Origin: Botryllus schlosseri
Lineage: Eukaryota
DNA length: 64,000 bases
Assembly: GCA_051294905.1 (NCBI GenBank)
Contig: CM119372.1
Location: 23,498,001 to 23,562,000, forward strand
Direction: 5' to 3'
The translations under genes and the position numbers were made by a program. Below the pieces are notes generated by a model, which made no database searches, had not been told where the DNA came from, and saw only the letters and a list, made by a program, of their open reading frames with translations. Position 1 is the first letter of the stretch. Each line of letters begins with the position of its first letter. Positions 60,632 through 64,000 of this stretch are shown one piece after another.

Positions 60632-62662
60632 CATCAGAAAACCTTATCAGATTATTCCTGTAAAACAGATCAGTCATGCTAGTGGAGATGTCTAGAAGTA
60701 GCTCAGGTATGTGATTTGGTAGCTACAATTTATCAAATATCATCATCTCGCTCTATTAATTAACGATAAAGTTCTTTCTCGGTCATTGGTGTGATTTCAA
60801 TCTTTAATTTTAATCGAGACTCGGCAGATTAAACAGCATTTGACTTGGGTGTATTACACCATGGCAGACAACCCTTGCTTTTGCTTGGAGAGTGGCATTG
60901 TGGTCAATTATAATTATCTAATTTTGATTTGTATAGATGTCAAGTTCCACTTTCTGTCTTTGATAATGACTGATTGACACTATTTGTGATCACCAGTCAG
61001 TCGATTTAAACTGACTAAGAGTCAATCACACTTTACCGTGGTTCAAAGGATATCAATTTATGTACTGGTTGCTGAGTCCCATTATCTGTGTATATCCTAT
61101 GCGTAATAAATTCTGTCAGGTTCTTGGGTTTCCAAACCTATTTTTCATTTCGGCTTCCTTTTGTATGCTGACCGTTTTCAAAATTCTATAATTTTTTAAG
61201 GGAAGTTGCATGTGAATTGCTTCTCTTCTATTGAGCATGGTTATTTCTGTTTTTATATTTTATAATTCTTTAACAAGTGAGATTCTTTTGGTTTACATAT
61301 ATTTTCAAAAGTACTGATTTTTTTATTCAGTCCGACTACCTTGAAGCTCTTACAACAGCATACATCCGAAGCGGTGTTTTGATGGTACCCGATAAAAAGA
61401 ATGGTATGTAATAAACATTGTAGATATTTACGATGCCGGCAATACCATAGCATGCTATTTCATTTTAGCAGCGTCTGATTATTCCATGCGCTATACAAAT
61501 AGTGTTGGAAAAAATAAAGAATCAAACCCAAATGTGCAATATCTCACCAACAAACTGGGTGATTTGACAGGTTAGAATAACTTTCAGCTGGGAACATACA
61601 GTCCATCCTTGAATTGTTCTAATGATATTATTGTAAAGTTTTAAACCTCAAACTTATTCTTTACTTTCATAGTGCATATTGATGAGAAGTTTTCCAGAAA
61701 TATTAATATTTGATAATTGCACTCTGCTTATCATTTGTTGGTTGTTACTTTCACTAACAAGGATAGACTGCTTGCACCCAGTTGACTTTCACCACGCCAC
61801 TACCACTATTTCTAATACATATCTTTACTCCGAAATTTAGTTGAATCTGATTCGGAAAATGACGCTGAGCCACTGATGCGGAATGCTGCTTGTCAGTGGT
61901 CACCCCAACCAGATTTGAATCAAAATGTCGATTCCGACAATAAATCATGTGATGATGCAACAAAAGAGGCAGTTTTAGGTTCCGTACAGAGTTTTGGATT
62001 ATCATAGCTCTTGGGTGCTCATCTATCTTCTCACTAATATTCAATCAGAGGCTTTCAGTTGCTTTACAGTGGGCATGATTGTCATTTCATATTTCTAAGG
62101 ATCTCAAATGCCTTCCATGTCTTGTAACAGCAGTATTGTTGATCTGCTGATGAACTTGTTGTATCAGTCGGGTACTTCCTCAAATAATATGATATTGTAA
62201 CATCCATTTTATAAGTTCAGGCATTGAGAATGGATAACAATATTCTTGAATCACATTTGCTTGTGAGGTTTTTATAGTGTAGTGAATATTTTCTATATAT
62301 TTGACTCACCGACTAGTTCCATCACCAGTTCCTACATAGATTCTCATATGTGTATATAGGAGAAATACTTATTTTCTATACAAAACTGATAAGCCCTGAT
62401 ATCACTGGCATGCCATAGTTTTAGCAATAACCTTGACTTAAAGATATAGTTGTGTAGTAAAATGGTTAATGATCATCAAATATTTTGTAGTGATTGTTGT
62501 TCTAATAGTTGCTGTGATCTGAGTTTCTATCACCTTTGCATGCTATTTTATTACAGAGTGACTGATTTCGTAGATTTCATTTTGTGTTTGGTATTGCCTG
62601 GATTGCGTTTTGTTGTAAATATATCATACCAGATTGTAATTATGCACTTCTATATTATGTAG

Positions 62663-63791
62663 CTGAAGAACAGTACGAAATTCTGAGGAGGTCTGCTTTG
62701 CGACGCCAACTATCTCCGGCGCAACAACGAATTCTGGCACAAAGACATTTGGCCGCTGTCGCACATTTGCAACAACGAAAGGAACAGGTAAATAGTGTAG
62801 AATAGTATTGAAATGAGGAAACATCATATCAACGTCATAGATCACGTCGCTAAACCGACATTTTTCTGTGGTCCAGGCAACAACAATGTCTCATCGTCCA
62901 GTTATCTCAGCAACTGAAGTACGTCGTGGTAGTGGGACACCGCTAAAACAGCACCCAAACCCCTTTGAAGCAGATGAGCTAGGTATGTATAAACTAAGAT
63001 TTTTATAATTGTTGATGGAAGAGCTTAATTGCTTACACACCACTCCTGATACATTGATGAAACACAACAAAGATTGATATCTCTTTTTGCAGCATAATTT
63101 TATCTCTTTAATCACCAGTACAATAGATTTACTGGATCCAATCTTTCTTGGGTATCATATGTTAACCTTATTCCTCCACTACCACCTGACGATTCATTAC
63201 AATCACCCTAACAATGATATGAAGTTGATAAAAATCTCATCTTTCTGTAATTCATATCTAATCATGGCAAGCTACACTATGCTTTATGAGTGCTGATCAA
63301 AACTCTGTTTTCTTGCATGTGCTATCTCATAATCACACAATATCCAGGTCAGTCAGTACCACATTCTCGTTGTGCATCTGCTACATGGAGGCAAGACACT
63401 GTGAGGTATGGCTCTTAATGTTAAATCTGTTTAGTCTTGAAAATTGTGCATGCTGGAATATACGATACTTGCTCAATTTCGCCTGGAAATTCCTACTTTT
63501 CTGCATGCGTAATCTCATACCATGGCATGACTTCTTTTCGATGTCATATCACGTATTTCAGTTAATGTAGGAAACTTCTATATTCCATAATTCCCATGAT
63601 ATCCCTGCATTTGTGATGTGGGTAAGTGGTAGGGGGTAATTCGTAATTGATTGTTTAGGAAAATTCAGGCGGCACGATCAGCAAGTCCTCCTAGCTCAAA
63701 TGAAGCAGCAATCCGATCCAGTTCAGCAAGAACTATCACTACCTCAAATAAAAGTGCAGTGCCTTCCTCTGATTCGACATACCCCTTCCAG
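62663..63791 (+). CDS. Four phase-compatible coding exons: probable alternative AGBL2 C-terminus, or a separate gene
   Basis: 62663-62787, 62877-62982, 63348-63405 and 63669-63791 have GT-AG ends and splice into one open frame (EEQYEILRRSALRRQLSPAQQRILAQ...), continuing toward the window end. Confidence 0.7.
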
Positions 63792-64000
63792 GTACTGAGA
63801 TTTTAATGGAATACCCGTTCGCAACTCGTTATCTGGGATACGGAATGTGTAATTAGTATGATAAGGCACAGTATCCGTGTGCTTGAAAATGAGTCTAGTA
63901 TAATTGAGAGTAGCAGCAGTCGATTGAAATTGATTTTAATTTCAATACCAGCATGATGGTCATGATAGTAGCTGATGATAGGAATATTTTCTAGATGTGG

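Overview
AT-rich, intron-rich animal genomic DNA. The organism cannot be determined from the sequence; it looks like a marine invertebrate. Three host genes are supported: an intronless SmD1 (6637-6999, minus), a complete 14-exon CCT6/TCP1-zeta (9258-17631, minus, 538 aa, one GC-AG intron), and a large AGBL2/CCP2-like cytosolic carboxypeptidase (plus, from about 32900, with further in-frame exons running to the window end). Most remaining DNA is stacked mobile elements whose nesting can be read from target-site duplications (TSDs). (1) A young Penelope-like element with 846-bp inverted arms and hammerhead ribozymes sits inside an older Penelope-like element with a different hammerhead, which sits inside a CR1/L2-type LINE 3' end. 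(2) A 7.47-kb CCCAG-ended CACTA/EnSpm-like element carrying a decayed intron-containing gene relic sits inside a hAT MITE. (3) A 6-kb, three-level MITE nest, including a 664-bp foldback, fills one AGBL2 intron. (4) A SINE inside a SINE sits inside a MITE. Weaker candidates: an H/ACA snoRNA-like RNA in CCT6 intron 7 whose pocket fits the 18S site I recall for human SNORA15, an RFX X-box at the AGBL2 start, and a heat-shock element upstream of CCT6. No rRNA, intact tRNA gene or CRISPR array was seen. All alignments, folds and exon chains were done by eye.
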